DNA of 64,000 bases from positions 1-64,000 of IMG/VR virus record IMGVR_UViG_3300032214_001346, one strand, 5' to 3'. The stretch comes from a virus. Shown piece after piece: positions 20,963-30,432 of the stretch; the stretch's first letter is position 1, and each line of letters opens with the position of its first letter. The notes below the pieces were generated by a model. The model was not told the origin of the DNA and did not search any database. It saw only the letters and a program-made list of their open reading frames with translations. A program made the position numbers and the translations under genes.

Positions 20963-21748
20963 TTATTTGAATAAAGCAACTTGCTTAGGCTGCTTCATCC
21001 AAATACTTTGATGCTGTTCCCAAGCGGCGGGCATTTGCTGTAACAATTGCCCGCCTAAAAGGTTGCCTCCAGATTTAGGAGTTCTTCCCCCAAGTTGCTT
21101 AAAGAAAAACGCTACTTGTGCTTGCTGACATTGATCACGAATTTCTTCAGCCCACTCAACTCTCATCGAACGGTGGCTTGGCCCAGATTCACCACCAACG
21201 ATGACCCAATCAATATCTGTCAGGTCAAGTTTTAATGAGCTTAATAATGGTTCACAAGACAGAAAACGTACACTTGCTGGCACTTGACGTAGCAGGTCAA
21301 CACGAGAAACGTAACTTTGGCTTTCTACTGATACACCTAACCAGATATTTTGGTGAAAATTTAAGCGTGGTGCCAACTCAACTAATCGTTCCGGTCTTTT
21401 AGTTAATATCTGATAGACATGATGAGGCGTGTCTTGAATCACGTCAAATACTGCTTGAACGAAATCCAAAGGTACTTTTTTATGGAATAAGTCACTCATG
21501 CTATTAACAAAGATTCTACTGGGAGTACGCCATCCCAAAGGCTCTTTCAGCCTTTGTGGATATAGCGTTAAGTCAAATCCGTTTTTAAAGGTTTTGGGGA
21601 ACCTTTTTGTTATTGTTTCTGCGTAACAATGTATGCAGCCTGGGCTAACTTTGTCACAACCTGTGGTAGGATTCCAGGTTTTATCTGTCCACTCAATACC
21701 AGTATTTATGCTAGACATAATTTTAATTATGGGGTGAAGAGCGATCAC
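20963..21748 (-). CDS. Phage Gp37/Gp68 family (DUF5131) protein
   Basis: TGIEWTDKTWNPTTGCDKVSPGC.HCYA, FVNSMSDLFH, LSCEPLL, WVIVGGESG, FFFKQ. Confidence 0.92.
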   Translation of the reverse strand: MIALHPIIKIMSSINTGIEWTDKTWNPTTGCDKVSPGCIHCYAETITKRFPKTFKNGFDLTLYPQRLKEPLGWRTPSRIFVNSMSDLFHKKVPLDFVQAVFDVIQDTPHHVYQILTKRPERLVELAPRLNFHQNIWLGVSVESQSYVSRVDLLRQVPASVRFLSCEPLLSSLKLDLTDIDWVIVGGESGPSHRSMRVEWAEEIRDQCQQAQVAFFFKQLGGRTPKSGGNLLGGQLLQQMPAAWEQHQSIWMKQPKQVALFK

Positions 21749-21782
21749 GTTGTGGTGCGATCGCTAAATCTCAATTGGTTAA

Positions 21783-22622
21783 TTAAAATCCGTAATCATC
21801 AACTACCGATGATTCATTCGTACTTGCTAGTTGTAAATCTTTTATCCGAGGAGTCCAGTCTTTAACGGATTCTTTGCTTATCTTAATGAAATCTGATAAC
21901 TCACTACCATTGGGTATTAAGTCGTCAATAGTGGCGGGCAAATACTGGTTTACTACGGATACCAGGGCAGTGTTAGGTGGAGTACCTCTCTCATCAGCTT
22001 CAAAAATAGGCTGATATATGCAGTGAGCGTGAAACAAATCGCCCATGATTTTAACAGGCTGTTTACGTGCATCTGCATAAGCTTTTTCCATATCAGAACA
22101 AAAGCCTCCGCGCAAAGTTTTCTTTTGTGGGTTAGCATTTTGCAGCCAACCCAACCCAAAACTAGCACCACTAGCACCACCAGCAGATATCAACAGCGGT
22201 GTTGTGTGACAAGGTTTATTTGCTTTGTCAAGCATGATCGACCAAAAGTAACTCTTGGTTTTGTAATCATCCCGATTGTCCCAAAACTGTGGACAATCTT
22301 TTAATTGTCCACAAATTTTAGACTCTTTTTTAGAAAAGATATAAACAGGAAGCCTGTGTATGATTAACAACCTAGGAGCAAGCGTGATATACATTTGCTC
22401 TACTACTTTAGAAGCAAACTCATGTTCTATTAAATCCCACTCATCAGGGGGGGAAAAACTTGCTAACTCTGCGTTAGCTTTTGTTATAGCGAAGCCGTAA
22501 GGCTTCATGCCTTTTTTTGTTATCTTTGGGTTTATGATCTGTGCGTAAGGTTGCACAGATAAAGATGTGGGGGCAAATTCTTGGGATTCAAAATCTACAG
22601 ATGTGTTCATTGTTTGAGTCAT
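21783..22622 (-). CDS. Conserved cyanobacterial phage/plasmid protein (DUF5895-like), possibly ssDNA-binding/recombination
   Basis: PYAQIINP, PRLLII and G..GASFG motifs; acidic-aromatic tail DDYGF. Confidence 0.5.
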   Translation of the reverse strand: MTQTMNTSVDFESQEFAPTSLSVQPYAQIINPKITKKGMKPYGFAITKANAELASFSPPDEWDLIEHEFASKVVEQMYITLAPRLLIIHRLPVYIFSKKESKICGQLKDCPQFWDNRDDYKTKSYFWSIMLDKANKPCHTTPLLISAGGASGASFGLGWLQNANPQKKTLRGGFCSDMEKAYADARKQPVKIMGDLFHAHCIYQPIFEADERGTPPNTALVSVVNQYLPATIDDLIPNGSELSDFIKISKESVKDWTPRIKDLQLASTNESSVVDDYGF

Positions 22623-22693
22623 TGTTTTATTCTTTGATTAATTTATTGTTTTAAGTGTGCGGATATGAAGGCATCGCACCCAGCCTAGATGAT

Positions 22694-22855
22694 TCAAAAA
22701 GGGAGATAATCAGTGTCCCCGGTTCTTCTGTACTGCTCAAATAGAAATGGCAATGTAGAAGTTTTTACTACTGGGTAGCTCACTGTTATTCCCAGTATAT
22801 CCACTGTTTTTAAGTGGATATAAAAGGTTTCTTCGCACAAGTTGAATAATCTCAT
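22694..22855 (-). CDS. 53-aa hypothetical protein (not in ORF track)
   Basis: ATGA-coupled to the upstream small ORF; hand translation MRLFNLCEE...DYLPF. Confidence 0.45.
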   Translation of the reverse strand: MRLFNLCEETFYIHLKTVDILGITVSYPVVKTSTLPFLFEQYRRTGDTDYLPF

Positions 22856-23019
22856 TCAGCACTGTTGTGAAGTTTATTAATTACTCGCTGCCCCCGCTCA
22901 GTGCGGGGAACTCCATAATCATCAGCCCGCAGCACGACGGCTGCATTACGGGCTAGATTTTCATTTACTCCTGCATTCTGTAAGGCTTCTTGATAAGCTC
23001 TGGTTTTAGTCGTTGTCAT
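22852..23019 (-). CDS. 55-aa hypothetical protein (not in ORF track)
   Basis: TGATG coupling to 23019..23834; MTTTKTRAYQEALQNAG... Confidence 0.5.
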   Translation of the reverse strand: MTTTKTRAYQEALQNAGVNENLARNAAVVLRADDYGVPRTERGQRVINKLHNSAE

Positions 23020-23834
23020 CACACCAACTCCTTTCTTGTTAATTTTGCTAATGCTTTGGCGGCTTGCATTGGATCGTTATAATAGTCACTACCCAATGTC
23101 CACCCTCTATCAACATCTAGCCAGATATTGCCGGCTAAATGTCCTTTAACTCGGACCGTGTAGCGCTCACCCAGCGGATCTACGATCCGATTGTCTTCGA
23201 TATTGTAGTTGATATTTTCGATATCCTGAGATATAGGTAAAATCCTACCACTACCCCGCTCATCATCTATGTAATTAATTGCAAAGGCTTCCGCCTCTGC
23301 GTAAGTCAAAAAGCTTTCACATTTGTCAGAGAACTGGACTTCCCAGTTGCCATTGTCAAAGTTGTGACTAATGTTAGTCACAACAGTTTTACCTTGACAG
23401 ACTTCGGCGTAACCAAAGTCTATTTCATGAATTACTACCTTTTGGGTAACTTCTTGGATCTGACTTTCCAAGAGATCAACAATCTCTTGTTGAGAAACAG
23501 TCTGTTGCTCAACTATTTCAAAACGACTACTAGCCCAGCGTTCAGCAGCCATATAGGTGCGGAACTCATCTCTTATGATGTTTCCATCCAAGTCAATGAC
23601 AGAGTACCCTGCCAAGTCGCAGGAGTCCATTCCGTCGTTAAACTCAATAACAACCTGCTGTTTTTGATCTTCTACAGGCTGTAAATTAGCCTGGTGGGCA
23701 ACTATAGCGTCAGCCCAGGTAATTACCTGGCGTTTGTCACCAACTGGGGTGACTCCTAACTCTTTAGCTACCATTTTGCAGTAGCTAATGCCTTTCTTGA
23801 TTAAAAACTTGACAGAGAAAACTGGATATGTCAT
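23019..23834 (-). CDS. Hypothetical phage early protein
   Basis: Long ORF downstream of a consensus promoter. Confidence 0.6.
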   Translation of the reverse strand: MTYPVFSVKFLIKKGISYCKMVAKELGVTPVGDKRQVITWADAIVAHQANLQPVEDQKQQVVIEFNDGMDSCDLAGYSVIDLDGNIIRDEFRTYMAAERWASSRFEIVEQQTVSQQEIVDLLESQIQEVTQKVVIHEIDFGYAEVCQGKTVVTNISHNFDNGNWEVQFSDKCESFLTYAEAEAFAINYIDDERGSGRILPISQDIENINYNIEDNRIVDPLGERYTVRVKGHLAGNIWLDVDRGWTLGSDYYNDPMQAAKALAKLTRKELV

Positions 23835-23919
23835 ACTAAACTATTCCTGTGTATAGGATAAAAACAAAGCGATCGCTTACTTCTTGGTCGGAGGGGCGGT
23901 CGTTTTTGTTTATATATCT

Positions 23920-23948
23920 AATATATCATTACAAGATGGAACTGTCAA
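23920..23948 (-). promoter_or_regulatory. Sigma70-type promoter TTGACA-17-TATATT
   Basis: Reverse-complement reading; exact 17-nt spacing. Confidence 0.7.
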
Positions 23949-24150
23949 GTGGTTTTGAAAAATATTTTTTATTTTCCACAAAATCAGCCAGACCTCTTAA
24001 TACATCAGGGTTTCGCGCCATTTGCTCAATCAGATCATTGTTGTTAGTGCCTATATACTGTGCATAAGCACGATAGATTTGTTTAGCGTCATTAGTAATC
24101 ATGATTTGCTTAGAAGTCTTAGTTTCGCCGTATTTTGGCTTTCCGCTCAT
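23929..24150 (-). CDS. Small ribbon-helix-helix-like regulator; paralog of 30168..30374
   Basis: Shared Y..YA......LIE...RNPDV.RG.A.F.E motif. Confidence 0.6.
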   Translation of the reverse strand: MSGKPKYGETKTSKQIMITNDAKQIYRAYAQYIGTNNNDLIEQMARNPDVLRGLADFVENKKYFSKPLDSSIL

Positions 24151-24312
24151 AAAATTCTCACTTTGTAATTGTGTGCTGATAAAATCAATTTAGCATGATA
24201 AAATCAAATATCAAACGCCTATAGGAATAAAAATATGTTTATAGATATACAAATAAAAATACCCACTTTGATACAAGTGGGTATTTAGTAATTATTTGCA
24301 CTTATTGATATA

Positions 24313-25716
24313 TCAATAACTTTGTTGAGCTAAATTCTTGAACTCTGAATATTGCCCATCAAAGAGTAACTTGTCTGTTCCTGTTTCAGCGTTGCGCGCC
24401 TTTGTAGTAATCAGTTCAGCTACACCTACATCTGTAGTTTCTTTATTGTAATACTCATCACGGTAAAGCATCATGATGACATCTGCGTCTTGTTCAATAT
24501 TCCCGCTTTCAGACAGGTCGCCCATGGTAGGTCTTTTGTCTGTTCGGCTTTCCGTGGCTCTGTTTAACTGAGATAAAGCCAATACTGGACAATTAAACTC
24601 TCCTGCTAATTCTTTAAGCATTCGGCTTGTATCCCCAACTTTAATCCGAAAGTCCCTATTATTGGACTTATCATTTCTAGCAAGCAGGGTGATGTGATCA
24701 ACCACAATCAGTCCTACATCGCCAGTTTTGGCCTTCTTTTGCCTAATCGTGTTCCGCATCTCCATCGGAGAAATACTAAAATTATCGCATATAAATAGCC
24801 TTGAGTCATGTAGTATTTGTGACTGAGTGAGATTAAAAAATTCGTTCCATTCACTTTGAGTAAGTTGATTTTTTACAAATTGATTCAAACAGGTTCGGGT
24901 TAGTTTGGCGGCTAATCTAGCCGCCAAATCTTCTTTAGATGTTTCTAGGGAGAATACGTAAACGTTTTTTAGCAGTACACTGGCAACGTGCCAAGCGATC
25001 GCCATACCACAGGCGGTTTTGCCCATACTGGGTCTACCCGCTAAGATATGCAGCAGTTTTTTATGCAGTCCTCCTAGACGGTTATCCAAGTCGTAAAACC
25101 CCATCTTGACAGGGGCAGGTCGTTCTCCCGCTTGAATTTCATACTTCTCTGTGTATAAAGATGTCACAGCATCACTGATGTGGATTAATTCTGATTTTGT
25201 TTGATTAGTGCTTATATCAAGAATCTTCCTTTGGCATTCTTCAATAGCTTCATGTGTCGGAACCCAAGTATCCCACGCTATTTTTAGCGATTCATTAAGA
25301 GTCTTGATTAATTGTCTGCGTTGGTATTTTTCCAGAACTAGTGCCGCCATAGCATCAATATTAATTGCAGATACTGTGCGGTCTACTAAAGTGGCTAATT
25401 TATTTCTGCCACCAATTCTTTCTAGTTGATCCTTGTCTCTCAGATAATTAGCCATAGAGAGTAAATCAGTGGGTTGGTGCTGTGCATGAAGTTGTAAAGC
25501 AGCTTTGTAAATCACTGCGTGTGCATCTATATAAAATGCTTCGGAAGGTAAAAAATCGCACACTCGTTGAATAGCTTCAGGATCTAGTAAAATGCCGCCT
25601 AAGACGACTTCTTCAGCTTCAACGTTTTGAGGGGGCAATAGAGTAATTTCTTGAGTAAACATGGTAGTTGACCTTAAATGTTTGTTATGCAGATGGTAAA
25701 TGCTTAGACCAATCAA
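24313..25716 (-). CDS. dnaB: Replicative DNA helicase DnaB (start probably 25662)
   Basis: PPQN.EAEE.VLGGIL, AGRPSMGKT, FSLE, LSQLNR, RP...DL.ESG.IEQDAD, KARN. Confidence 0.95.
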   Translation of the reverse strand: MIGLSIYHLHNKHLRSTTMFTQEITLLPPQNVEAEEVVLGGILLDPEAIQRVCDFLPSEAFYIDAHAVIYKAALQLHAQHQPTDLLSMANYLRDKDQLERIGGRNKLATLVDRTVSAINIDAMAALVLEKYQRRQLIKTLNESLKIAWDTWVPTHEAIEECQRKILDISTNQTKSELIHISDAVTSLYTEKYEIQAGERPAPVKMGFYDLDNRLGGLHKKLLHILAGRPSMGKTACGMAIAWHVASVLLKNVYVFSLETSKEDLAARLAAKLTRTCLNQFVKNQLTQSEWNEFFNLTQSQILHDSRLFICDNFSISPMEMRNTIRQKKAKTGDVGLIVVDHITLLARNDKSNNRDFRIKVGDTSRMLKELAGEFNCPVLALSQLNRATESRTDKRPTMGDLSESGNIEQDADVIMMLYRDEYYNKETTDVGVAELITTKARNAETGTDKLLFDGQYSEFKNLAQQSY

Positions 25717-26848
25717 AACGCGGTTGATTAATCAATGCGTAGTCGAGATACGCTCGATTCCAACTACGTTTGCTACAAAAGTCTTCTAAGCTTTTGCAAT
25801 TGATGTATTGCTCCCATACGGTTTGATGCTGGATTGGCTGCCAGGTTAATACAGCGTCAGGAAGGGGGACTAAAGCCATTTCTTTTTTAGTTTTGATGGA
25901 ATATTCCTTCCATCTGATTTCTAAGTTGTTATGGTCTTTTTTGAGGTGGCTGTAGACATTAGCCCGTGACTCATGGATATCAGTTCCAAATTTGCCCGCC
26001 CACTCCAAAGCGAACCATTGCCAAAAGTCATTATCCAGTTGGCCGTTTTTCTTCCATGGACCATCTGGTAGCCATTCCCATGCTATATCTTTTGCGCTTT
26101 TACGCGGTTTTCCAAATGGTTCAACCACATTTGCCTTGTCAAGACGCGCCGGGGCGGCGGGCGCAACTTTGTCCAATGAGAGATTTATCTGTTTACCCGA
26201 AATTCCTTCCTTTAAATCAGGAATAGCAGATATCTGTTCTACTCCATCTTGTTTTAAATCCTCTTTAGCGGGAGGAAGTCCGCTAGATACTTCTTCTTTA
26301 GATATTTCTTTCTTAAATACTTCTTGGAATAAGTATTTATTATGTGGCAGGTTTTCCGTAGCCGGATTTTCCGTAGCCGGATTTTCCGTAGCCGGATTTT
26401 CCGTAGCCGGATTTTCCGTAGCTGGATTTTCCGTAGCCGGATTTTCCGTAGCCGGATTTTCCGTAGCCGGATTTTCCGTAGCCGGAAAACCTGATTCCGG
26501 TTTTACCCTTGCTGTACGGGCTTTCTGAGTTTTTTTGCTTGGTTCGCTTGATGGTATTTCCCGAATAACAGATTTCCATCCTGCCATTCTTCCGTTTACT
26601 CGTGCTTGCTCACGAGTTAAATACCCAAACTTTTCTAATTCTTTTAATGCTGAACAAACAGATGTTTTTCCGTCAGATTCAGACTGGTCAGACAAATGTT
26701 CGGTATTAATCTCCCACCCATCAGGGTAGGAAAGCAATAAGTGATGTAGCCCACGCGCTTTGAAGCTCAACCGCGTATCTCTAATAGCCGCGTTGGCTAT
26801 TACTGTGTAATCTTTTGAATGCTGCACTCTTATTGTTTCCCCCATCAC
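25685..26848 (-). CDS. Phage replication initiator (N-terminal wHTH, internal iteron region)
   Basis: YTVIAN..IRD.RLS.KARGL...LLS.PDGW...AL.ELE..GYL; (PATEN)9; upstream of dnaB. Confidence 0.85.
   Translation of the reverse strand: MMGETIRVQHSKDYTVIANAAIRDTRLSFKARGLHHLLLSYPDGWEINTEHLSDQSESDGKTSVCSALKELEKFGYLTREQARVNGRMAGWKSVIREIPSSEPSKKTQKARTARVKPESGFPATENPATENPATENPATENPATENPATENPATENPATENPATENLPHNKYLFQEVFKKEISKEEVSSGLPPAKEDLKQDGVEQISAIPDLKEGISGKQINLSLDKVAPAAPARLDKANVVEPFGKPRKSAKDIAWEWLPDGPWKKNGQLDNDFWQWFALEWAGKFGTDIHESRANVYSHLKKDHNNLEIRWKEYSIKTKKEMALVPLPDAVLTWQPIQHQTVWEQYINCKSLEDFCSKRSWNRAYLDYALINQPRFDWSKHLPSA
26352..26486. repeat. 9 x 15-bp iterons TTTTCCGTAGCCGGA; probable replication origin within the initiator gene
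   Basis: Nine contiguous units, one with a single change; AT-rich tract adjacent; lambda O-like arrangement. Confidence 0.9.
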
Positions 26849-26983
26849 ACACCTCCATGGGCGTGCAACAGCGCACTTGTCTTATTGACAAAAATTGAAA
26901 AATGATTCATAGTTAAATTGCTCCTAAGAGATTTAAGAAATGGTAGGGGCTGTCCCTCGACTGTGTTCAGCAGTACGAGGGCT

Positions 26984-27184
26984 TTAATTTTCTGTCTGTT
27001 CTGCCAGTGCTTTGGCAAAGGCCAAAACCTGACTGGCAATACTGGGATTTTGATCAAGGCATTGGGCGATCGCTTTGATGTCGGCTTCCAAAATAATTGG
27101 AAGCTTGATGTTTTTTGTCTTCCCAGAACGCCACCCTGGTTTGAATTGGTGGCATTTCGGAGGGATAGCGTTTTTGTTTGCCAT
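26984..27184 (-). CDS. Small hypothetical DNA-binding protein
   Basis: W.SGKTK.IKLP motif; downstream of a TTGACA box near 27232-27237. Confidence 0.5.
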   Translation of the reverse strand: MANKNAIPPKCHQFKPGWRSGKTKNIKLPIILEADIKAIAQCLDQNPSIASQVLAFAKALAEQTEN

Positions 27185-27330
27185 TGGTTCTTTGATTCAA
27201 CATATTCAATATATCTTATTCCCTGGTAACTTGTCAATAGAAATAAAAAAGTTTTTTTCATACTCAGTAAGTCGGGTAAATATATGACAATAAAATAGCC
27301 ACTTGTTTAAGCGGCTATTAGTTGATTGTT

Positions 27331-27552
27331 TTATGTAGTTGGTATGTAAGCTTCACACTTAATAGCTATTTGCTCAAAGATTAAATCTATTTTTTCCCTT
27401 AATTCATCTTTGTCATCTTTTTGACATTGCCAGAGATTAACCAAGGTTGTTATTGGGAATCGATCATCGTTGCAGTCTCCTTCGTAGCTATAAAATTCAT
27501 TGTTCTGTTCAATTAAAAACCCTGAGTAAATACAATTTAAGCAACTTTTCAT
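27331..27552 (-). CDS. Hypothetical Cys-containing protein
   Basis: ORF with ATGA coupling to the upstream gene. Confidence 0.5.
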   Translation of the reverse strand: MKSCLNCIYSGFLIEQNNEFYSYEGDCNDDRFPITTLVNLWQCQKDDKDELREKIDLIFEQIAIKCEAYIPTT

Positions 27553-27767
27553 GATTCACTAATTTTAATCTGATTTAAAGAGTAAGCCTTGTGTAATTTG
27601 CCATTGATAGAAACTTCCATGAAACTCCATTTAGAGCCTGTGGGGGCTAATTCTGGAGTATGGAATCCTTCAAATATTGCATCTATCCATCCATGATTGG
27701 GATGCTTGTATTTAATTTTGTCTCCTGTTTTGTAATTGGTTAGTTGCGGTTCTGTTTGTTTTGACAT
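27549..27767 (-). CDS. Hypothetical SH3/KOW-like small protein
   Basis: YKTGDKIKY..P..GW pattern. Confidence 0.5.
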   Translation of the reverse strand: MSKQTEPQLTNYKTGDKIKYKHPNHGWIDAIFEGFHTPELAPTGSKWSFMEVSINGKLHKAYSLNQIKISES

Positions 27768-28079
27768 ATTATTAAAGAATGATGTTGTGTTTTCCTTTTG
27801 TCTCCTTTAAGTCCGCCTTGTCAGCGGACTTTTTCTGTTTATTTATGGGATTGAATGATTAAATAACAAAGGGAAATAATTGTTATTAAGATTGTCTCAA
27901 TCCCAATGGTGTAAAAGCTAAAAAGCCAAATATTAAAGTGATTCATAGCTAGGCTCTTCCTGATCAAATAGTGATTGCTGTTTCCAATCCTTACGTTCAC
28001 CATCTAAATATTTGAATGCTTCGTTGACCACGTTTTTAATAAATAAGGTGTGGTCGGGCAAGCATATCTTCCTTCTATT

Positions 28080-28355
28080 TCACACTATTTCACACTTACC
28101 TGTGATTGTGATACTTGTACTTTCCTCTTGATATTCTATTTTACACTTACCTGTGATTGTGATATCTATACTTTCCTCTTGATATTTGATGGAAAGTCCA
28201 ATGATTTGCCTTTGCTCAAGCGAGATATTTGGGTCTAATCCAATTTCTTCAACTAACATTATTTCCAGTCCATCCAAGCCATTGTAAAACTCAATCCTTA
28301 TGCTTTCAGTATCTCCTCTTTTGGCTTTGATTTTGGTGATTTTCCGCTCATTCAT
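28080..28355 (-). CDS. Hypothetical protein with a 17-aa tandem duplication
   Basis: YQEES..ITITGKC.I twice (51-bp repeat). Confidence 0.5.
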   Translation of the reverse strand: MNERKITKIKAKRGDTESIRIEFYNGLDGLEIMLVEEIGLDPNISLEQRQIIGLSIKYQEESIDITITGKCKIEYQEESTSITITGKCEIV

Positions 28356-28773
28356 GATGCTGTTCCTGTGTAATGTTTTAGTATTTCTATGTTAATAAAG
28401 ATTTGGGTTGGTGACTGGAGGTGTGGTGGCTTGTCTAGTTGAATGTAATAAAGCCAGTCACCTGTACTAATTTGCCTGATACCTGTACAAATTCCCCATC
28501 CTTTATTTGTGAGTAGGCGATCGCCGAACCAGTAAGTTGGTCTGGTTAATGTCTCCCATGGTTCTGTTTTAGATGGTCTAGGCAGTCCCTTTAAGTCTTT
28601 AGATGCTATTTTCAATGGTGGTATTTGCACGGTATTTAATGTCTATTGTTATCTTTTGGCGCATCTCTAAATCTCTTAGGCAAATGGTGATTTCATTAAG
28701 CGGATATTTTGGAAAATTATCAATGATTTCTTTCTGAGTCCGCTCAACTTTGGTAAATTCCATAATCTTTGAT

Positions 28774-29127
28774 TCAAGTGTCATCTCTTCCTTTTTGTTT
28801 CAAAAACTTGGTTGTAAAATATAGTTGCGCGTTAGCAGTGTTGTAATCCCAAGGGTCTAGATTCACGACTACTAAATAAGCTCCGTATTTTGAAAGTCTG
28901 AAGTCAAGGTGGTTGCGTCCAATTTTGCTACTTGGATTTGGGACAACTAATTTTAAAAGATGTTTCTGGGGAAATTCTTTTGTATTTTGAAGTAGTTGCT
29001 TGACTCTATCTATTGAGTGTTTGAATGTTGCCCAATTTGTGCTTACAAGAGGGGCTAATTCGCGGGCTAACCAGTATTCCCCGTCACCATCTATGTGGGA
29101 AATATCATCAAAAGGATTACTTTTCAT
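28774..29127 (-). CDS. BRO-N/DinD-like DNA-binding protein
   Basis: PFD.I......EYWLAREL...W..F...I.R; DFRLSKY.AYL...N.DP...A.AQ.YF. Confidence 0.75.
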   Translation of the reverse strand: MKSNPFDDISHIDGDGEYWLARELAPLVSTNWATFKHSIDRVKQLLQNTKEFPQKHLLKLVVPNPSSKIGRNHLDFRLSKYGAYLVVVNLDPWDYNTANAQLYFTTKFLKQKGRDDT

Positions 29128-29290
29128 GCTGCAACCTTTTTAGTCCAATAGCCAAAAGATTTTCTACTAAAAGTCCAATTTCTTCATCATTTGTCACAGC
29201 CAAAATTTTGATTGTTTTATACAAATCTCGTGGAATCCTGATCATCGCTTTTTCCGATTGTGTTTGATTATTGATTAGTTTCTTTGTCAT
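29117..29290 (-). CDS. Small ribbon-helix-helix/Cro-like regulator (likely ATG 29290)
   Basis: MIRIPRDLYKTIKILAV...LVENLL pattern; divergent from the XRE genes. Confidence 0.55.
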   Translation of the reverse strand: MTKKLINNQTQSEKAMIRIPRDLYKTIKILAVTNDEEIGLLVENLLAIGLKRLQHEK

Positions 29291-29318
29291 AAACACTGTT
29301 TTACTTAGTATTATCTTG

Positions 29319-29437
29319 TGTGTAACACAATTTAATTGTAGCACATAATCTATTGTAATTTACAAAAGAAATATATAACTTTACGTTATCTTTATCATTT
29401 TTAATCTATTGTGTGATTATGTTATTGTGTTACACAA
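29319..29437. promoter_or_regulatory. Divergent control region with two inverted operator-like boxes (TGTGTAACACAA 29319-29330; TTGTGTTACACAA 29425-29437)
   Basis: Quasi-palindromic boxes between divergent regulators. Confidence 0.55.
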
Positions 29438-29439
29438 AT

Positions 29440-29790
29440 ATGAAAGCTACTAGAAAGATTTGGACTAAAAAAGGACTGGCTAAATTAGGTGGTATAGTCC
29501 GCAGATCCCGTGAGGCCAGACAATTGACTTTAAGAGAACTTGCTGACTTGAGTTCTACTGAAGGTAATTCGGTCCACTTCAAAACCATTAGCTGTATTGA
29601 AAATTCTTCTGTAATGCCCAACTTTAATACTCTTGAAGCGATCGCCTCATCAGGTTTAATTTTTGACGATAAAGGTAAGACTTTAGATATTTACGACTTC
29701 ATTGATATTGCATCTGAAACCGACAACAGCACAGATGAAACTACAGATATTTACGCAGACTTACCTCTTTTAAACAATATTGAGAATTAA
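29440..29790 (+). CDS. XRE-family HTH regulator (repressor candidate); likely ATG 29440
   Basis: LGGIVRRSREARQLTLRELA...TIS.IEN....PNFNTLEAIA. Confidence 0.8.
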   Translation: MKATRKIWTKKGLAKLGGIVRRSREARQLTLRELADLSSTEGNSVHFKTISCIENSSVMPNFNTLEAIASSGLIFDDKGKTLDIYDFIDIASETDNSTDETTDIYADLPLLNNIEN

Positions 29791-29793
29791 AGT

Positions 29794-30159
29794 ATGAAAG
29801 CAGGAAGATTAATCAAATCTATATGTAGCCGGGCTTCTAGTATGAATCAGGCTGCTAAAAAGTCTAAAGTTTCTCAAGGAACTTTGAGCGAATGGCAAGC
29901 GGATAAAGTGTCGCCTGGATTAGAGAAATACGTAGATTTGTGTTTGGCTATGGGTTGCCGTCCTGGTTTTGAATTGGATCAATATTTGGGTCTAGGTGCA
30001 GCAAAACCAAAAACAGCAGAAGATGTTTTAGGCGTAGCGTTGGGACTACCACCCATAGAACAGCAACGCTTAATCTCTTTAATTACTGCTAAGTATGTTG
30101 AATATTTAAGCGGTGAATTGAAAGATGAGATGATAGAATTAGCAGACATCAATAATTAA
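29794..30159 (+). CDS. XRE-family HTH regulator
   Basis: SMNQAAKKSKVSQGTLSEWQADKVSP. Confidence 0.75.
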   Translation: MKAGRLIKSICSRASSMNQAAKKSKVSQGTLSEWQADKVSPGLEKYVDLCLAMGCRPGFELDQYLGLGAAKPKTAEDVLGVALGLPPIEQQRLISLITAKYVEYLSGELKDEMIELADINN

Positions 30160-30167
30160 AGGAAATT

Positions 30168-30374
30168 ATGGCACGACCATCAGATTACGGTAAAAACAAA
30201 GTAAAAGTTACGCTTAGGCTTACTCCAACAGCTAGATGTGTATATCAGTGTTACGCAGACCATTTATGTATAGCCTTTGGTGAGCTAATTGAGAGAATTG
30301 TCCGAAACCCAGACGTAGCAAGGGGTATGGCTGCTTTTCTGGAGACTGAAAAAAAAGTTTTGGAAAAGGCTTGA
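30168..30374 (+). CDS. Small RHH-like regulator; paralog of 23929..24150
   Basis: MARPSDYG..K..VTLRLTPTA. Confidence 0.6.
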   Translation: MARPSDYGKNKVKVTLRLTPTARCVYQCYADHLCIAFGELIERIVRNPDVARGMAAFLETEKKVLEKA

Positions 30375-30399
30375 CAAAATAATTCTATCCATACATAAT
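30371..30399 (+). promoter_or_regulatory. Sigma70-type promoter TTGACA-17-CATAAT
   Basis: Direct reading; overlaps the stop of 30168..30374. Confidence 0.7.
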
Positions 30400-30432
30400 G
30401 GAAATATAGAAAAACAAACGACGCGGGAGGGT

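Noticed and set aside
22885-22955. GC-rich hairpins with CTGATGA on the minus strand as a second ribozyme
   Set aside because: No GAAA or stem III arrangement; the region is explained by a 55-aa ORF.
26352-26486. 15-bp (and 21-bp, 63-bp) repeats as CRISPR arrays
   Set aside because: Contiguous units without spacers.
25966-26579. Alternative-frame ORFs with FSVAG or KSGYG repeats
   Set aside because: Shadows of the 15-bp iterons in the initiator gene.
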